Source: an uncultured Micavibrio sp. (GTDB lineage Bacteria; Pseudomonadota; Alphaproteobacteria; Micavibrionales; Micavibrionaceae). From it: a DNA stretch of 44,745 nucleotides. A program made the position numbers and the translations under genes. The notes under the pieces are model-generated. The model ran no database searches. It was not told where the DNA came from and worked only from the letters and a program-made list of their open reading frames with translations. Each line of letters opens with the position of its first letter. The first letter of the stretch is position 1. Positions 26,582-37,072 of the stretch are shown one piece after another. Where the stretch lies: the NCBI GenBank assembly GCA_964562515.1, contig CAZLTT010000006.1, forward strand, positions 1-44,745. Direction: 5' to 3'.

Positions 26582-27481
26582 ATGAGCAGCAATACAGGCT
26601 CTTCCAACGTAATTAACATTAAAACAGGCCTTGCCGAAATGCTTAAGGGCGGCGTCATTATGGACGTTGTAACCGCCGAGCAAGCAAAGGTCGCAGAAGA
26701 CGCAGGCGCAGTCGCTGTTATGGCACTGGAACGCGTACCTTCCGATATTCGTAAGGCTGGCGGTGTTGCCCGTATGAGCCCCCCTGAAGTGATCGAAGAA
26801 GTGATGAACACGGTGTCTATTCCTGTTATGGCCAAATGCCGTATCGGTCATTTCGCTGAAGCGCAAATCCTTGAGCAAATGGGCGTCGACTACATCGATG
26901 AGTCAGAAGTTCTAACCCCTGCTGACGAAGAATTCCACGTCAACAAGCATGACTTCAAAGTGCCGTTTGTTTGCGGTGCTAAAAATTTGGGCGAAGCCTT
27001 GCGCCGTATCGGCGAAGGTGCGGCCTTAATGCGTACAAAAGGTGAGCCGGGTACAGGTAACATCGTTGAAGCTGTGCGTCATATGCGCCAAATCAACAAC
27101 GAAATCCGTAAGGTTGTAAATGCCGATGAGTCTGAATTGATGACTATGGCCCGTGACATGCAGGCCCCTTATGAATTGCTGAAAATTGTTCGCGCCGAAG
27201 GCAAACTGCCTGTGCCGAACTTCGCAGCTGGCGGTATCGCGACACCTGCTGATGCTGCGCTTTGCATGCAGTTGGGTGCGGAAACAGTATTCGTCGGTTC
27301 CGGTATCTTCAAATCTGAAAATCCTGAGAAATACGCTAAGGCAATTGTTAAGGCGACAGCGCATTACAATGACCCTGCAATTGTTCTCGAAGCGTCGAAA
27401 GAACTCGAAGGCGTTGCTATGCGCGGTACGGAAATTTCCGAAATCGAAGAGCCAATGAAAATGGCAAACCGCGGTTGGTAG
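26582..27481 (+). CDS. pdxS: Pyridoxal 5'-phosphate synthase, lyase subunit
   Basis: 299 aa. [17 protein letters not shown] and [15 protein letters not shown] are highly characteristic of PdxS. Confidence 0.95.
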   Translation: MSSNTGSSNVINIKTGLAEMLKGGVIMDVVTAEQAKVAEDAGAVAVMALERVPSDIRKAGGVARMSPPEVIEEVMNTVSIPVMAKCRIGHFAEAQILEQMGVDYIDESEVLTPADEEFHVNKHDFKVPFVCGAKNLGEALRRIGEGAALMRTKGEPGTGNIVEAVRHMRQINNEIRKVVNADESELMTMARDMQAPYELLKIVRAEGKLPVPNFAAGGIATPADAALCMQLGAETVFVGSGIFKSENPEKYAKAIVKATAHYNDPAIVLEASKELEGVAMRGTEISEIEEPMKMANRGW

Positions 27482-27512
27482 TAACCAACTTTTTATAAGA
27501 ATGAATTCACGG

Positions 27513-27549
27513 TACCCGCGTTGCTTTTGCACGCGGGTATTGTTATTTA
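27513..27549 (+). terminator. Intrinsic terminator-like hairpin after pdxS
   Basis: 9-bp stem TACCCGCGT/ACGCGGGTA with a 9-nt loop, followed by TTGTTATTT. The next ATG follows only 8 nt later, so it may act as an attenuator or a stabiliser. Confidence 0.55.
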
Positions 27550-27556
27550 AAGGCCC

Positions 27557-28288
27557 ATGCAAAAAAAATTTCTTTTACTCATCCCATTCTTATTTAGCGC
27601 TAACTTTGCCTATGCATCCACGACTGGTTCTGTCGGAGGTGCTTCTGTCAGCAAAGATAAAACACAAATAGAGGCCCGTTTCGGTTACAGCGAAGCCGAG
27701 GAAAGCTCCTCGCAAGATGAGCGCTTCCGCTCTCGTTTTCAGGTCGATCATGGCTTTACCGACTATTACGCGGCGCGTTTGGTCATTCAGCAGGACCGGC
27801 GTAAGGGTGATAATTTGGAGCATGATTCCATCACATTCGATAACCGTTTCCAGTTTCTGGACGCTGAGAAAAGCGGCTTTGATCTGGGTATACGCGCGGG
27901 ATATCAGCATAAGGATGGCGATAAAAAACCAAGCGCACTCACATTCGGTGTTTTCGAACGTATCCCCGTTGGTGCGTATGAAATTCGCCTGAATCAGTTA
28001 TTTGGTCACGATGTCGGCGAAGACGCGGATGATGGTATCAGCGCGGAAGCCCGCTTTCAGGTGACACGAAAGCTTGAAAATGGTCACCGCTTGGGCGTCG
28101 AGGGTTTCCATGATTTCGGTAACTTGCGTGAGCTGAGCGGATATAGTGACCAAAGCCATCAGATCGGACCGGTTGCGAAAGGCGCTTTGCCCTTTGAAAA
28201 TATGAAATATGAGGTTGGCTACCGCGCCGGTATCTCTGACGCTGCGCCGGATCATAATTTTAAACTCTTTATTTCCCGCAGCTTTTAA
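27557..28288 (+). CDS. Outer-membrane beta-barrel protein, family unknown
   Basis: 243 aa. Signal peptide ending FAYAS. Alternating amphipathic strands. C-terminal aromatic residue (LFISRSF). Confidence 0.6.
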   Translation: MQKKFLLLIPFLFSANFAYASTTGSVGGASVSKDKTQIEARFGYSEAEESSSQDERFRSRFQVDHGFTDYYAARLVIQQDRRKGDNLEHDSITFDNRFQFLDAEKSGFDLGIRAGYQHKDGDKKPSALTFGVFERIPVGAYEIRLNQLFGHDVGEDADDGISAEARFQVTRKLENGHRLGVEGFHDFGNLRELSGYSDQSHQIGPVAKGALPFENMKYEVGYRAGISDAAPDHNFKLFISRSF

Positions 28289-28302
28289 TCTATTTCATTC
28301 TC

Positions 28303-28905
28303 ATGAGTGAAAAACAGACAATCGGTTGCTTGGCCCTTCAGGGCTGCGTTGAGCGCCATCGCCCGCACATTGAGGCGCTGGGCTTTGACTTCGCACCTGT
28401 AAAAACAGCCAAGGACTTTGAAGCCGTTGATGGCTTTATCTTGCCGGGCGGAGAAAGTACGACAATGCTCAAGCTGATTGAGCGTTTTGAACTTTGGGAT
28501 ATTCTGGCTGAACAATTTAAAGCAAAGCCCGTTTGGGGCATTTGTGCAGGCTCGATCCTGATCGCTGAGAAAGTGTTCTATTCCTCTAAACGTGTTGGCG
28601 AAGATCAGGCGAAGAATGTACAAAAATCATTTGGGCTGATCCCGATGACGGTTGAACGTAACGGATACGGGCGCCAAGTCGACAGCCACACCGCACAAGT
28701 AAACGGTTATGAGGTCTCCCTCATTCGTGCGCCGGTCATTCAAGATGTCGCCAATGCTGTGGACGTCAAAGCCAGCCATAAGAACGACCCCGTATGGGTC
28801 GATTACGGCCAGTATATGGCAACGACCTTTCATCCTGAACTGACATTTGATTTCCCGTCGCCCATGCATGCCGCATTTGCCGATAAGGTAAAATCCGCCT
28901 CTTAA
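28303..28905 (+). CDS. pdxT: Pyridoxal 5'-phosphate synthase, glutaminase subunit
   Basis: 200 aa. ILPGGESTT. Nucleophile in WGICAGSIL. HPE near the C-terminus. Confidence 0.9.
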   Translation: MSEKQTIGCLALQGCVERHRPHIEALGFDFAPVKTAKDFEAVDGFILPGGESTTMLKLIERFELWDILAEQFKAKPVWGICAGSILIAEKVFYSSKRVGEDQAKNVQKSFGLIPMTVERNGYGRQVDSHTAQVNGYEVSLIRAPVIQDVANAVDVKASHKNDPVWVDYGQYMATTFHPELTFDFPSPMHAAFADKVKSAS

Positions 28906-28913
28906 GCGTAGTC

Positions 28914-28943
28914 AGCGCCGTTTAACGGTGCTATTCTGATTTT
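28914..28943 (+). terminator. Possible terminator hairpin after pdxT
   Basis: 7-bp stem AGCGCCG/CGGTGCT (one G-U pair), loop TTTAA, followed by ATTCTGATTTT. It is weak and abuts the next ATG. Confidence 0.35.
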
Positions 28944-28947
28944 CACG

Positions 28948-30582
28948 ATGTTTAAAAATTTCCTTCATATGGTTACTGGCGGGCCGGACGAAGCACCGCC
29001 CGAAAAACTGCCTGATTCCTATCTGCAATTTGCCGAAAAGGTCAGGCAGGACCAACTGCATGTCTGTAAAGCCTATACGAACCTCAAAGTGCGTTTCCGC
29101 GATTTGGGCCGCATGAACGCGATTATCGAGACGTTGGGGCGGGATTTTCTGACCGCTATGCCGCAAGGCGCGTATCAAAGCCGCTTGGGCCAGATGGCGT
29201 TCCTGTACCGCCGCATGCATGAGGATTTAACCGCCGATGATGTCCGCGGTTGGCTCGATGAAGCGCGCGAAAACCAATACGCCAAGCCGGATGAATGGGA
29301 TGAATGGGACGAAGCCAATCTGCGCGAAATGACCAACATGTATCTGATGTTCGCGCATGTCGACCCAGAGCTGATGGAGCGCAAGGCTCGTCTTTCCTTC
29401 GAGGGACGAAGACGCCACACCGCACTGAAAGAAACAGGGGACTGGGAACAGGCCAAGCTGTTCTTGTCCGAACAAATTGATCTGCACCGCGCCATTGCGG
29501 ATTCCCGCTGCGAAGTGACGCAGGAACAATCGCATTACCAAATGTTAATGCAGGAGTTTATGCCCGGAATGACAGTGTTCGAGGTCGAGCGGCTATTCTA
29601 TGCGCACGAAAAAGCATTGGAAGACTTGCTCCCCGAAATCATTGCGAAACAAAAGAACGAACCGGAACCGATCCGTTTGGACGGCGAATATGAGTCAGAA
29701 GCGCAAATGTGGCTTAACCGCTCCTTACTCGAAGTGCTTGGTTTTGATTTCGAACGCGGCGGCCTATACGAAACGGGCCATAACCCGGTTGAGGGCGGCA
29801 CTGTCGACGACACACGCCTTGTGATTTCGAATGTCGATGAAAGTAACTTCATGGACTCAATGAAAAGCGCCCTGCATGAAGGCGGCCACGGCCTGTATAT
29901 TCAAGGGCTGCCCCGTCAACAATGGCGCTATCAGCCGGTAGGCATGGATTTGGGCGCGGCAATGCACGAAGCTCAAGCGCTTTTGGTTGAAATGATTATT
30001 GGCCGTATGCCTGAGTTTTTCGAATTCCTGTCCCCGCGTCTGGAAGGGTTGTTTCACGGTATTAATGCGCCGGCGCTTTCGCCCGAAAATCTGTTCGCGC
30101 TGAAGACACGCGTAACGCCGGGCGTGGACCGCAAGAAGGCCGATGAAGTTACCTATTTCCACCATGTTGTCCTGCGTTATCGTCTGGAACGCGACCTGAT
30201 TGAAAAGGATCTGGAGATCAAGGATTTGCCCGAAGCCTGGGTCGAAGGGATCCATTCCGCGCTAGGTGTCTATCCTGAAAATCATCTGGATGGCTGCCTG
30301 CAGGATGTGCATTGGTTTGTCGGTAAATTTGGCTATTTCCCGTCTTATGCGCTCGGGCACATGATGGCGGCGCAGATTTTTGCCACACTGAAAAAAGAGA
30401 TTCCGAACCTGAAAGGCAAAATCTCCGAAGGTGAGTTGGGCGAGATCAAAAAATGGCTGATTGAGAATATATACTCTAAGGGCCGCTTGATGTCCCTATC
30501 CGAAACTCTCGAAGAAGCGACCGGAAAGCCGCTCGAAGCCAGATATCTCGAAAAACATATCCGCAAACGCTACCTCTCTTAA
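28948..30582 (+). CDS. M32 family carboxypeptidase (Taq-like)
   Basis: 544 aa. HExxH in ALHEGGHGLY. HEAQALLVE (equivalent of the HESQS region). DVHW motif. The start is uncertain (Met8 is possible). Confidence 0.85.
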   Translation: MFKNFLHMVTGGPDEAPPEKLPDSYLQFAEKVRQDQLHVCKAYTNLKVRFRDLGRMNAIIETLGRDFLTAMPQGAYQSRLGQMAFLYRRMHEDLTADDVRGWLDEARENQYAKPDEWDEWDEANLREMTNMYLMFAHVDPELMERKARLSFEGRRRHTALKETGDWEQAKLFLSEQIDLHRAIADSRCEVTQEQSHYQMLMQEFMPGMTVFEVERLFYAHEKALEDLLPEIIAKQKNEPEPIRLDGEYESEAQMWLNRSLLEVLGFDFERGGLYETGHNPVEGGTVDDTRLVISNVDESNFMDSMKSALHEGGHGLYIQGLPRQQWRYQPVGMDLGAAMHEAQALLVEMIIGRMPEFFEFLSPRLEGLFHGINAPALSPENLFALKTRVTPGVDRKKADEVTYFHHVVLRYRLERDLIEKDLEIKDLPEAWVEGIHSALGVYPENHLDGCLQDVHWFVGKFGYFPSYALGHMMAAQIFATLKKEIPNLKGKISEGELGEIKKWLIENIYSKGRLMSLSETLEEATGKPLEARYLEKHIRKRYLS

Positions 30583-30636
30583 GGGGCTGCTCCGCACATT
30601 GACAGTTTCGCCAAATCGGCCTAAAACTCTGGGCTT

Positions 30637-32064
30637 ATGAGCACATTTATCTCTACGCGCGGCCATGCGGCCAATGAAGGAAATCAGCCCATCACATTTG
30701 AAGATGTGCTGTTGGAAGGACTCGCCCCCGATGGTGGTTTATACATCCCAACCGAATGGCCGCAATTGGACATCGAAAGCCTAAAGGGAAAGTCCTATAC
30801 GGATGTTGCCTATGCAGTTATGCAGGGCTTTGTTGGTGATGCGATCAGCGAAGACGAATTCCGCGCAATGATCGAAGAAACATACGGCCGTGATGTGTTC
30901 GATCACCAAAGCGTTACACCGCTTGTCCAACTTTCTGAAAAACACTGGATCATGGAATTGCACCGCGGGCCGACATTGGCGTTCAAGGATGTTGCCCTGC
31001 AATTGCTTGGCCGTCTGTTCGACAAGGTTCTGGAACGCCGCAATGAACATGTCACGATTGTCGGTGCAACATCGGGGGACACTGGTTCCGCCGCGATTGA
31101 GGGCTGCAAGTCTTGTGCGCATGTCGATATTTTCATCCTGCACCCAAAGGGTCGCGTTTCGGATGTTCAGCGTAAGCAGATGACGACCGTAAAGGGCGAC
31201 AACGTGCACAACATCGCGATTGAGGGCACGTTTGACGATTGTCAGGATCTTGTGAAGGACATGTTCAACGATCCCGCGTTCCGCAATGATATGCGCTTGT
31301 CCGCGATTAACTCGATCAACTGGGCCCGCATCATGGCGCAGATCGTGTACTACGTCACAACCGCACTGGCTCTGGGCGCGCCTGAACGCAAAGTGTCTTT
31401 CAGTGTACCGACGGGCAACTTCGGTAACGTACTGGCCGCTTATGTTGCGCGCAAAATGGGCGTCCCGATGGGCGATCTTATTGTCTCATCCAACCGCAAT
31501 GACATTCTGACCCGCTTCTTCGAAAGCGGCGCGATGAAAAAAGACGGCGTTGAGGCCTCCTTAAGCCCGTCTATGGATATTCAAATCTCCAGTAATTTCG
31601 AACGCTACCTGTTCGAGCTTTTAGGCCGTGACAGCGCAAAGCTCAGCGAGATGATGGACAACTTTAAACAAACGGGTGTCTTCGAAGTTGATGATACGCT
31701 GATGCAGCAAGCGCGCGCAGACTTTAAATCTCATCGTTGCGATGATGATGAAACCCTTGCGACGATCAAACGCTGCTATGACGAAACTGCGGAAATTATC
31801 GATCCGCATACGGCTGTCGGCTTAAGCGGCGCATTCGCGCATGAAGATGAAATTGACGGGCCGATCGTGACACTGGCTTGTGCGCATGCGGCCAAATTTC
31901 CTGACGCGGTTGAAAAGGCAATTGCCGTGCGTCCGGGCTTGCCGGATCGCCTGAACGACTTATTTGAACGTGAAGAGTTTTTGACACCTTTGCCAAATGA
32001 CTTGGCAACCGTGCAACAATTCGTACGTGACCATTCAACGACAGAACAAAAAAGCGCAGCATAA
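30637..32064 (+). CDS. thrC: Threonine synthase
   Basis: 475 aa. PLP lysine in GPTLAFKDVALQ. ATSGDTGSAA. Long-form ThrC architecture. Confidence 0.95.
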   Translation: MSTFISTRGHAANEGNQPITFEDVLLEGLAPDGGLYIPTEWPQLDIESLKGKSYTDVAYAVMQGFVGDAISEDEFRAMIEETYGRDVFDHQSVTPLVQLSEKHWIMELHRGPTLAFKDVALQLLGRLFDKVLERRNEHVTIVGATSGDTGSAAIEGCKSCAHVDIFILHPKGRVSDVQRKQMTTVKGDNVHNIAIEGTFDDCQDLVKDMFNDPAFRNDMRLSAINSINWARIMAQIVYYVTTALALGAPERKVSFSVPTGNFGNVLAAYVARKMGVPMGDLIVSSNRNDILTRFFESGAMKKDGVEASLSPSMDIQISSNFERYLFELLGRDSAKLSEMMDNFKQTGVFEVDDTLMQQARADFKSHRCDDDETLATIKRCYDETAEIIDPHTAVGLSGAFAHEDEIDGPIVTLACAHAAKFPDAVEKAIAVRPGLPDRLNDLFEREEFLTPLPNDLATVQQFVRDHSTTEQKSAA

Positions 32065-32066
32065 AT

Positions 32067-33329
32067 ATGAGCGGTATTCAAACGACGACTTTGGACAACG
32101 GTGTCCGCATCATCACTGATACAGTGCCATCCATGCATTCGGTTGCGGTTGGTATCTGGGTTGGTGTCGGCACCCGTCATGAAAATCTGGAACATAATGG
32201 CGTTGCGCATATGGTCGAACATATGCTGTTCAAGGGCACGAAAAACCGTAACGCGCAACAAATCGCCGAGGATATCGAGAATGTCGGCGGGTCGATGAAT
32301 GCCTACACCAGCCGCGAAATCACAAGTTACCACATCCATCTTCTGGCGGAGGACTTGCCGCTAGGTATGGAAGTATTGGGCGATATGTACCTCAATTCAA
32401 CCTTGCCGCAAGATGAAATCGAGCGTGAGCGCGGTGTAATCTTACAGGAAATCGGGATGTGTAATGACACGCCTGATGATCTTGTTTTTGATATTTATTC
32501 CGAGACTGCTTATCCAAAACAGGCTCTGGGCGCGCCGATCCTCGGTCGCAGCCATAACATCGAAAATATGAGTCAGGACAATCTGGCATCCTATATCGAC
32601 TGTTTCTACAAATCTGGTAACACGGTGATATCAGCCGCAGGCGGCGTGAATCATGATGAATTTGTTGCGCATGTGCGTGAACAATTTGACGTGCAGCAAA
32701 AAAGCGAACAATGCGGCCACGAGCCTGCAAATTATCTGGGCGGCGATATGCGTCTGCCGAAAGAACTGGAGCAAAGCCATTTCATTTTGGGCTTCCAAGG
32801 CATTGGCCGTTTGGACGATGATTTCTACACTGCACAGGCGTTATCAACCATTTTGGGCAGCGGCATGTCATCTCGACTGTTCCAGGAAGTGCGCGAAAAG
32901 CGTGGACTTGTGTATTCGATCTTCTCCTTCCACAGCGGCTATCAGGATGACGGACAATTCGGCATTTATGCGGGGACAGGTCCGGAAAAGATGGATGAAA
33001 TCATCCCCGTCGTTTGTGATGAGGTTTTAAAAGTCGGCCATGACGCAAGTCAGGAAGAACTGGACCGCGCAAAATCTCAATTAAAGGCAAGCATTCTGAT
33101 GGGCCGTGAATCCATGATGACCCGCGCCGATCAACAAGCCAAGCATCTGCTGTTCCGAAATAAAGCGTTCGATGCGGATGCATTGGTGCAGGCAATCGAT
33201 GACATTCAGCTATCCGACATTGAGCGCGTAGCAAAGCGTATATTCACAACGCCGCTGACACTGGCGGCACTTGGCCCTTTGGATAAACTCGAACCGTTCG
33301 AGGCCACGCAAGATCGTCTCGCAGCTTAA
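32067..33329 (+). CDS. M16 family (pitrilysin/MPP-like) zinc peptidase
   Basis: 420 aa. Inverted zinc motif HxxEH in GVAHMVEHMLFKGT. Downstream E in REITSY/ILQEI region. Confidence 0.85.
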   Translation: MSGIQTTTLDNGVRIITDTVPSMHSVAVGIWVGVGTRHENLEHNGVAHMVEHMLFKGTKNRNAQQIAEDIENVGGSMNAYTSREITSYHIHLLAEDLPLGMEVLGDMYLNSTLPQDEIERERGVILQEIGMCNDTPDDLVFDIYSETAYPKQALGAPILGRSHNIENMSQDNLASYIDCFYKSGNTVISAAGGVNHDEFVAHVREQFDVQQKSEQCGHEPANYLGGDMRLPKELEQSHFILGFQGIGRLDDDFYTAQALSTILGSGMSSRLFQEVREKRGLVYSIFSFHSGYQDDGQFGIYAGTGPEKMDEIIPVVCDEVLKVGHDASQEELDRAKSQLKASILMGRESMMTRADQQAKHLLFRNKAFDADALVQAIDDIQLSDIERVAKRIFTTPLTLAALGPLDKLEPFEATQDRLAA

Positions 33330-33337
33330 GATGAAAT

Positions 33338-33946
33338 ATGACCTGGTCTCCCTTACGTTTCAGCTCATTTTCTAAACCGCTCTTCCCCAACGTTGAATTA
33401 AAATCTGATCGCATCTTTATGCGACCTCCTGCTTTGGAAGATGCACAAAGCTGGGCGGAAGTGCGTGGTAAAAACAAAGATCATATCCAACCCTTTGACC
33501 CGAAATGGCCGGATAACGCGCTTACACCCGAACTCTTCAGAAAGCGGATATCACGCCAGTCGAATGATTGGGCGGATGGACGGGCGTGCTCGTTCTTGAT
33601 TTTTGCGGCTGACCGTAAAACCCTGATCGGTGGCATGAACATCAACAATATCTGCCGCGGCGCGGCGCAATATGCATCGATCGGTTTCTGGATTGATAGG
33701 GAGAAACAGGGGCAGGGCTTGATGGCCGAAGCGATCATACTGACCCTGCATTACTGCTTCGAGCATTTAAAACTGCACAGGGTAAACGCGTCCTGCTTGC
33801 CTCATAATGAGCGCAGCAAAAAAACACTTCTTGCGAGTGGGTTCAAGGAAGAGGGGTTTGCTGAAAAATATCTTCAAATCAATGGGATATGGGAAGACCA
33901 TGTGCTTTTTGGTTTGCCTGTAGAAGACTGGCCGCAGCAAAAGTAA
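33338..33946 (+). CDS. GNAT family N-acetyltransferase (RimJ/RimL-like)
   Basis: 202 aa. Acetyl-CoA loop QGQGLMAEA. The HRV...N..S...L...GF pattern is typical of RimJ-like GNATs. Confidence 0.75.
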   Translation: MTWSPLRFSSFSKPLFPNVELKSDRIFMRPPALEDAQSWAEVRGKNKDHIQPFDPKWPDNALTPELFRKRISRQSNDWADGRACSFLIFAADRKTLIGGMNINNICRGAAQYASIGFWIDREKQGQGLMAEAIILTLHYCFEHLKLHRVNASCLPHNERSKKTLLASGFKEEGFAEKYLQINGIWEDHVLFGLPVEDWPQQK

Positions 33947-34321
33947 TTAGAAAAACTTCGGAATGGCAATCATCAGCCACGTAAAAGCGCAAAAGACGAG
34001 CGCCATGAAAACGACAGCGGAACCCATGTCCTTTGCCTCTTTTGACAGTTCATGCTTATCGGTTGAAATACGGTCGATAGCGCGTTCTATGGCCGTGTTA
34101 ATCATCTCGGTAATCAACACAAGTACGACCGAACCTAACAGAACGATTTGCTCGACATTGGTATCGCCGATCCAGAACGCTGTTGGTACCATGAGTGCGG
34201 TCAGATAGATTTCCTGGCGAAACGCCTCTTCGGTGCGAAAGCACGCTTTAAACCCGTCGAGTGAAAAGAAAAACGCGTTGATAATGCGCTTCACGCCTGT
34301 ATTACCTTCCGGTGCTGACAT
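33947..34321 (-). CDS. dgkA: Diacylglycerol kinase
   Basis: I prefer the ATG at 34321 (MSAPEGNTGVKRIINAFFFSLDGFK...), giving about 124 aa. AFRQE and EMINTAIERAIDR motifs. Three TM helices. Confidence 0.85.
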   Translation of the reverse strand: MSAPEGNTGVKRIINAFFFSLDGFKACFRTEEAFRQEIYLTALMVPTAFWIGDTNVEQIVLLGSVVLVLITEMINTAIERAIDRISTDKHELSKEAKDMGSAVVFMALVFCAFTWLMIAIPKFF

Positions 34322-34400
34322 ATTAAAAATCCCCGTGAACCAAACTCCTGCAGAGAATAGCTTGGCACGAATAGGATATTTGTTCAAATGTATAAAGGGG

Positions 34401-35009
34401 TTAAGCCTGACCGCCTGTATCACTGCTCAGCAGGGCAGGGTCCAGACCAAGCTTATCAAGCGCCAAAGTCCATTTGGCCTGAATATCGGGCGCGAACACA
34501 AGATCAGGATCGGGGTCGAGCACGAGCCACGCATTTTGTTGTAATTCTTGTTCCAACTGTCCTGCTGTCCATCCGGCGTATCCAAGGATAAACAAGGCTT
34601 CATCAGGGCCTTTGCCGTCAATGATGTCCTGCAAGGCGTCGGTCGTCCCTGTCAGGCTGAATTCAGGTGATATTTCGATCGTATCCTGATGTCGAAATTC
34701 AGCCGTATGCAGCAAAAACCCGCGAGACCCTTCAACGGGCCCGCCACTGATAACAGGCAACTTCAAAGCATCGAGATCAACTTCTATATCGGACTGAAGT
34801 CCAAGATTATCAATCACTTGGCCGAAATTAATGTCGGGAACCTCAGTGTTAATTACAAGTCCCATCGCCCCTTGCTCGTCATGCACACATAAGAAAATCA
34901 CGGAACGGTGAAAGCGCGGATCGCCAATTCCCGGCATGGCGAGTAGAAGCTTGCCGGAAAGGTATGACGCCTCGACTGTGGGCGGGTTATCTGTCGTTTT
35001 CTCGTCCAT
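34401..35009 (-). CDS. YqgE/AlgH family protein
   Basis: PRFHRSVIFLCVHDEQGAMGLVIN and GYAGWTAGQLEQE signatures. The start is either the ATG at 35009 or the GTG at 35042. Confidence 0.8.
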   Translation of the reverse strand: MDEKTTDNPPTVEASYLSGKLLLAMPGIGDPRFHRSVIFLCVHDEQGAMGLVINTEVPDINFGQVIDNLGLQSDIEVDLDALKLPVISGGPVEGSRGFLLHTAEFRHQDTIEISPEFSLTGTTDALQDIIDGKGPDEALFILGYAGWTAGQLEQELQQNAWLVLDPDPDLVFAPDIQAKWTLALDKLGLDPALLSSDTGGQA

Positions 35010-35078
35010 ATGTGACCTTTTTGCTTGTCTGAACGAATTCACATCATATTTTGATAATAAGCGAGATTAACAAACCTG

Positions 35079-35963
35079 ATGGCTAAAATGCGAGCAAAAA
35101 CCCAAAAAACTTTAATGCGCAACATTATTCTCTTCCACGCAATGTTGCTTGGCTTTCTAATTTTTATTACTTCAACGACACATGCCGCGCAGTCCGAATG
35201 GGCCGTTTCCGATAATGTCAGAGCCCGTTTATTGTCGGGCGTCAAATCCGTTGGAGACGAAACGACAATTCAGGCAGCACTCGAAGTCGATATGGAAGAA
35301 GGGTGGCATACCTACTGGAAACATGCAGGGGACAGCGGCCTGCCCATGCGGTTTAACTGGGATGGCTCAACCAATCTAACCGATGTTAAAATCTCCTATC
35401 CTGTCCCGCTCAGAAAAAGAGAGTTGGATATCCTGACGGTGTTTGCCTATGACGACCGCATTATTTTGCCGATGGAGGTCACATTGGAGAGCGCGCAACA
35501 GGATACAAACTTGGAGCTAGAATTGCAGTTGATGGTCTGTAAGGAAATCTGTGTTCCCGACCAATTGAAAGTGTCACTGGATTTATCTAAAGGCGAAGGT
35601 GAAGAGGCGCATCAGCTGAAAATTATCGAGGCTGCTAAACGCAAAGTTCCCTACGTGCAAGGTGAAGGTAAAAAAGATAGTGACCTATTCATCGATACAA
35701 TTGTCACAGGCAAAGAAGCGATTGTCGTCAGCGCGCACATGAAACGCGGAAGCGATAAAGCGTTGCTGATCGCGCATAACAATGACTTTGCATTCACAAC
35801 CAAACCGGTTTTCGCCGTTGATGAAGCCGACCCGCAACGCGTGATGATCACCGTGCCAAAGCCCGAAGATGTCGATAATCTTATGGATGTGCTGAACGGC
35901 CAAACGCTCACGATCGTCTTGAGTGACGGACGCCAGGCGGTCGAAAAATCAATCGACTTTTAA
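35079..35963 (+). CDS. Periplasmic protein with a DsbD N-terminal-like (thiol:disulfide interchange) domain
   Basis: 294 aa. Signal peptide. GWHTYWKHAGDSGLP and CKEICVP motifs are typical of DsbD-alpha/ScsB-like domains. Confidence 0.65.
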   Translation: MAKMRAKTQKTLMRNIILFHAMLLGFLIFITSTTHAAQSEWAVSDNVRARLLSGVKSVGDETTIQAALEVDMEEGWHTYWKHAGDSGLPMRFNWDGSTNLTDVKISYPVPLRKRELDILTVFAYDDRIILPMEVTLESAQQDTNLELELQLMVCKEICVPDQLKVSLDLSKGEGEEAHQLKIIEAAKRKVPYVQGEGKKDSDLFIDTIVTGKEAIVVSAHMKRGSDKALLIAHNNDFAFTTKPVFAVDEADPQRVMITVPKPEDVDNLMDVLNGQTLTIVLSDGRQAVEKSIDF

Positions 35964-37072
35964 ATTTTCTCGTAAAGAGATGCTGTACGTTTGGCAACAC
36001 TGCGCACGTCATATTCGGTCTGGCAATATGTCCGTGCGGCACTCGCCATAACCTCTAGCTTGCCTTTGTTTTGAAGCAACTCGACAATCGCCCCTGCGGT
36101 TGCTTGCGGGTCTTTGATCGGAACTAGAATGCCTGTTTCGTTATCAAGGATCGCTTCCTTACATCCCGGATTATCCGTCGTGATGATCGGGCGCCCCACA
36201 CTGGCCGCTTCTAACAACACACGTGGCACACCTTCACCGTAATAGGACGGATAAACGATTAAGGTCGAACGGGCGAGCAGGTCTGGCATGTCATTCACCC
36301 GCCCCAACCACGTCACGGGCGCACCGTCGAGCATCTCTTCCATTTCCGCCTTGGTAATGGCGGCGGGATTATGTTTGGTCTCTCCGCCTGCAATTTGAAA
36401 ATCTGCATCAACCTTTTGCGCGGCGATCTTTGCGGCCTCAATAAACACGCTTACGCCTTTGTTATGCACGAGCCGTGTAGGCATCAACACAATCGGCTTT
36501 TTGTCATTCGGCAAAGGTTGAACCGCAAACTTATCTGTATCCACTCCCGAGCCGCGGATCAGCGTCGTATGTTCGCGCTTGGCAAAGCCCATATCGGTAA
36601 ACAAATCCTGATCATCCGCATTTTGAAAAATCAGATGCGGCCGCGCGACGTTGAAGACAAGGAACAAAAACGGCGCAAGAATGGTGCGCATAATAACCGG
36701 CTTTTGTCCCTCTCCGCGGAACAGATATCCTAACCCCGCGAGCGTATATACACGCTTCAAACCACCGGTGAGCAATGTCGCCATGCCGAGAATAAACGCA
36801 TATTTTAACGTCACGATATGCACGATATCGGGCTTGAGCATACCGATATTGCACTTGAGCTTGCGCATCAGCTTGAAGGTATTGAACAGCGAAAATCCCT
36901 GTCGCGGAACGGACAGGTGAATGGTTTTAAAATCCGATTTTTGTTGCGCTTCAATCTCCTCACACAACAACCCGATCGTCACATCATGCCCCATGTCACG
37001 CGCAGCTTCGGCTGTATGGATGCGGGTTTCCCAATCGCTTTCATCGAAAATGTAAAAAACTTTCTGCGTCAT
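35960..37072 (-). CDS. Glycosyltransferase family 4 (GT-B)
   Basis: I prefer the ATG at 37072 (MTQKVFYIFDE...), overlapping the asnB stop as TAATG. E-x7-E region GEGVPRVLLEAASVGRPIITT. Confidence 0.8.
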   Translation of the reverse strand: MTQKVFYIFDESDWETRIHTAEAARDMGHDVTIGLLCEEIEAQQKSDFKTIHLSVPRQGFSLFNTFKLMRKLKCNIGMLKPDIVHIVTLKYAFILGMATLLTGGLKRVYTLAGLGYLFRGEGQKPVIMRTILAPFLFLVFNVARPHLIFQNADDQDLFTDMGFAKREHTTLIRGSGVDTDKFAVQPLPNDKKPIVLMPTRLVHNKGVSVFIEAAKIAAQKVDADFQIAGGETKHNPAAITKAEMEEMLDGAPVTWLGRVNDMPDLLARSTLIVYPSYYGEGVPRVLLEAASVGRPIITTDNPGCKEAILDNETGILVPIKDPQATAGAIVELLQNKGKLEVMASAARTYCQTEYDVRSVAKRTASLYEKI

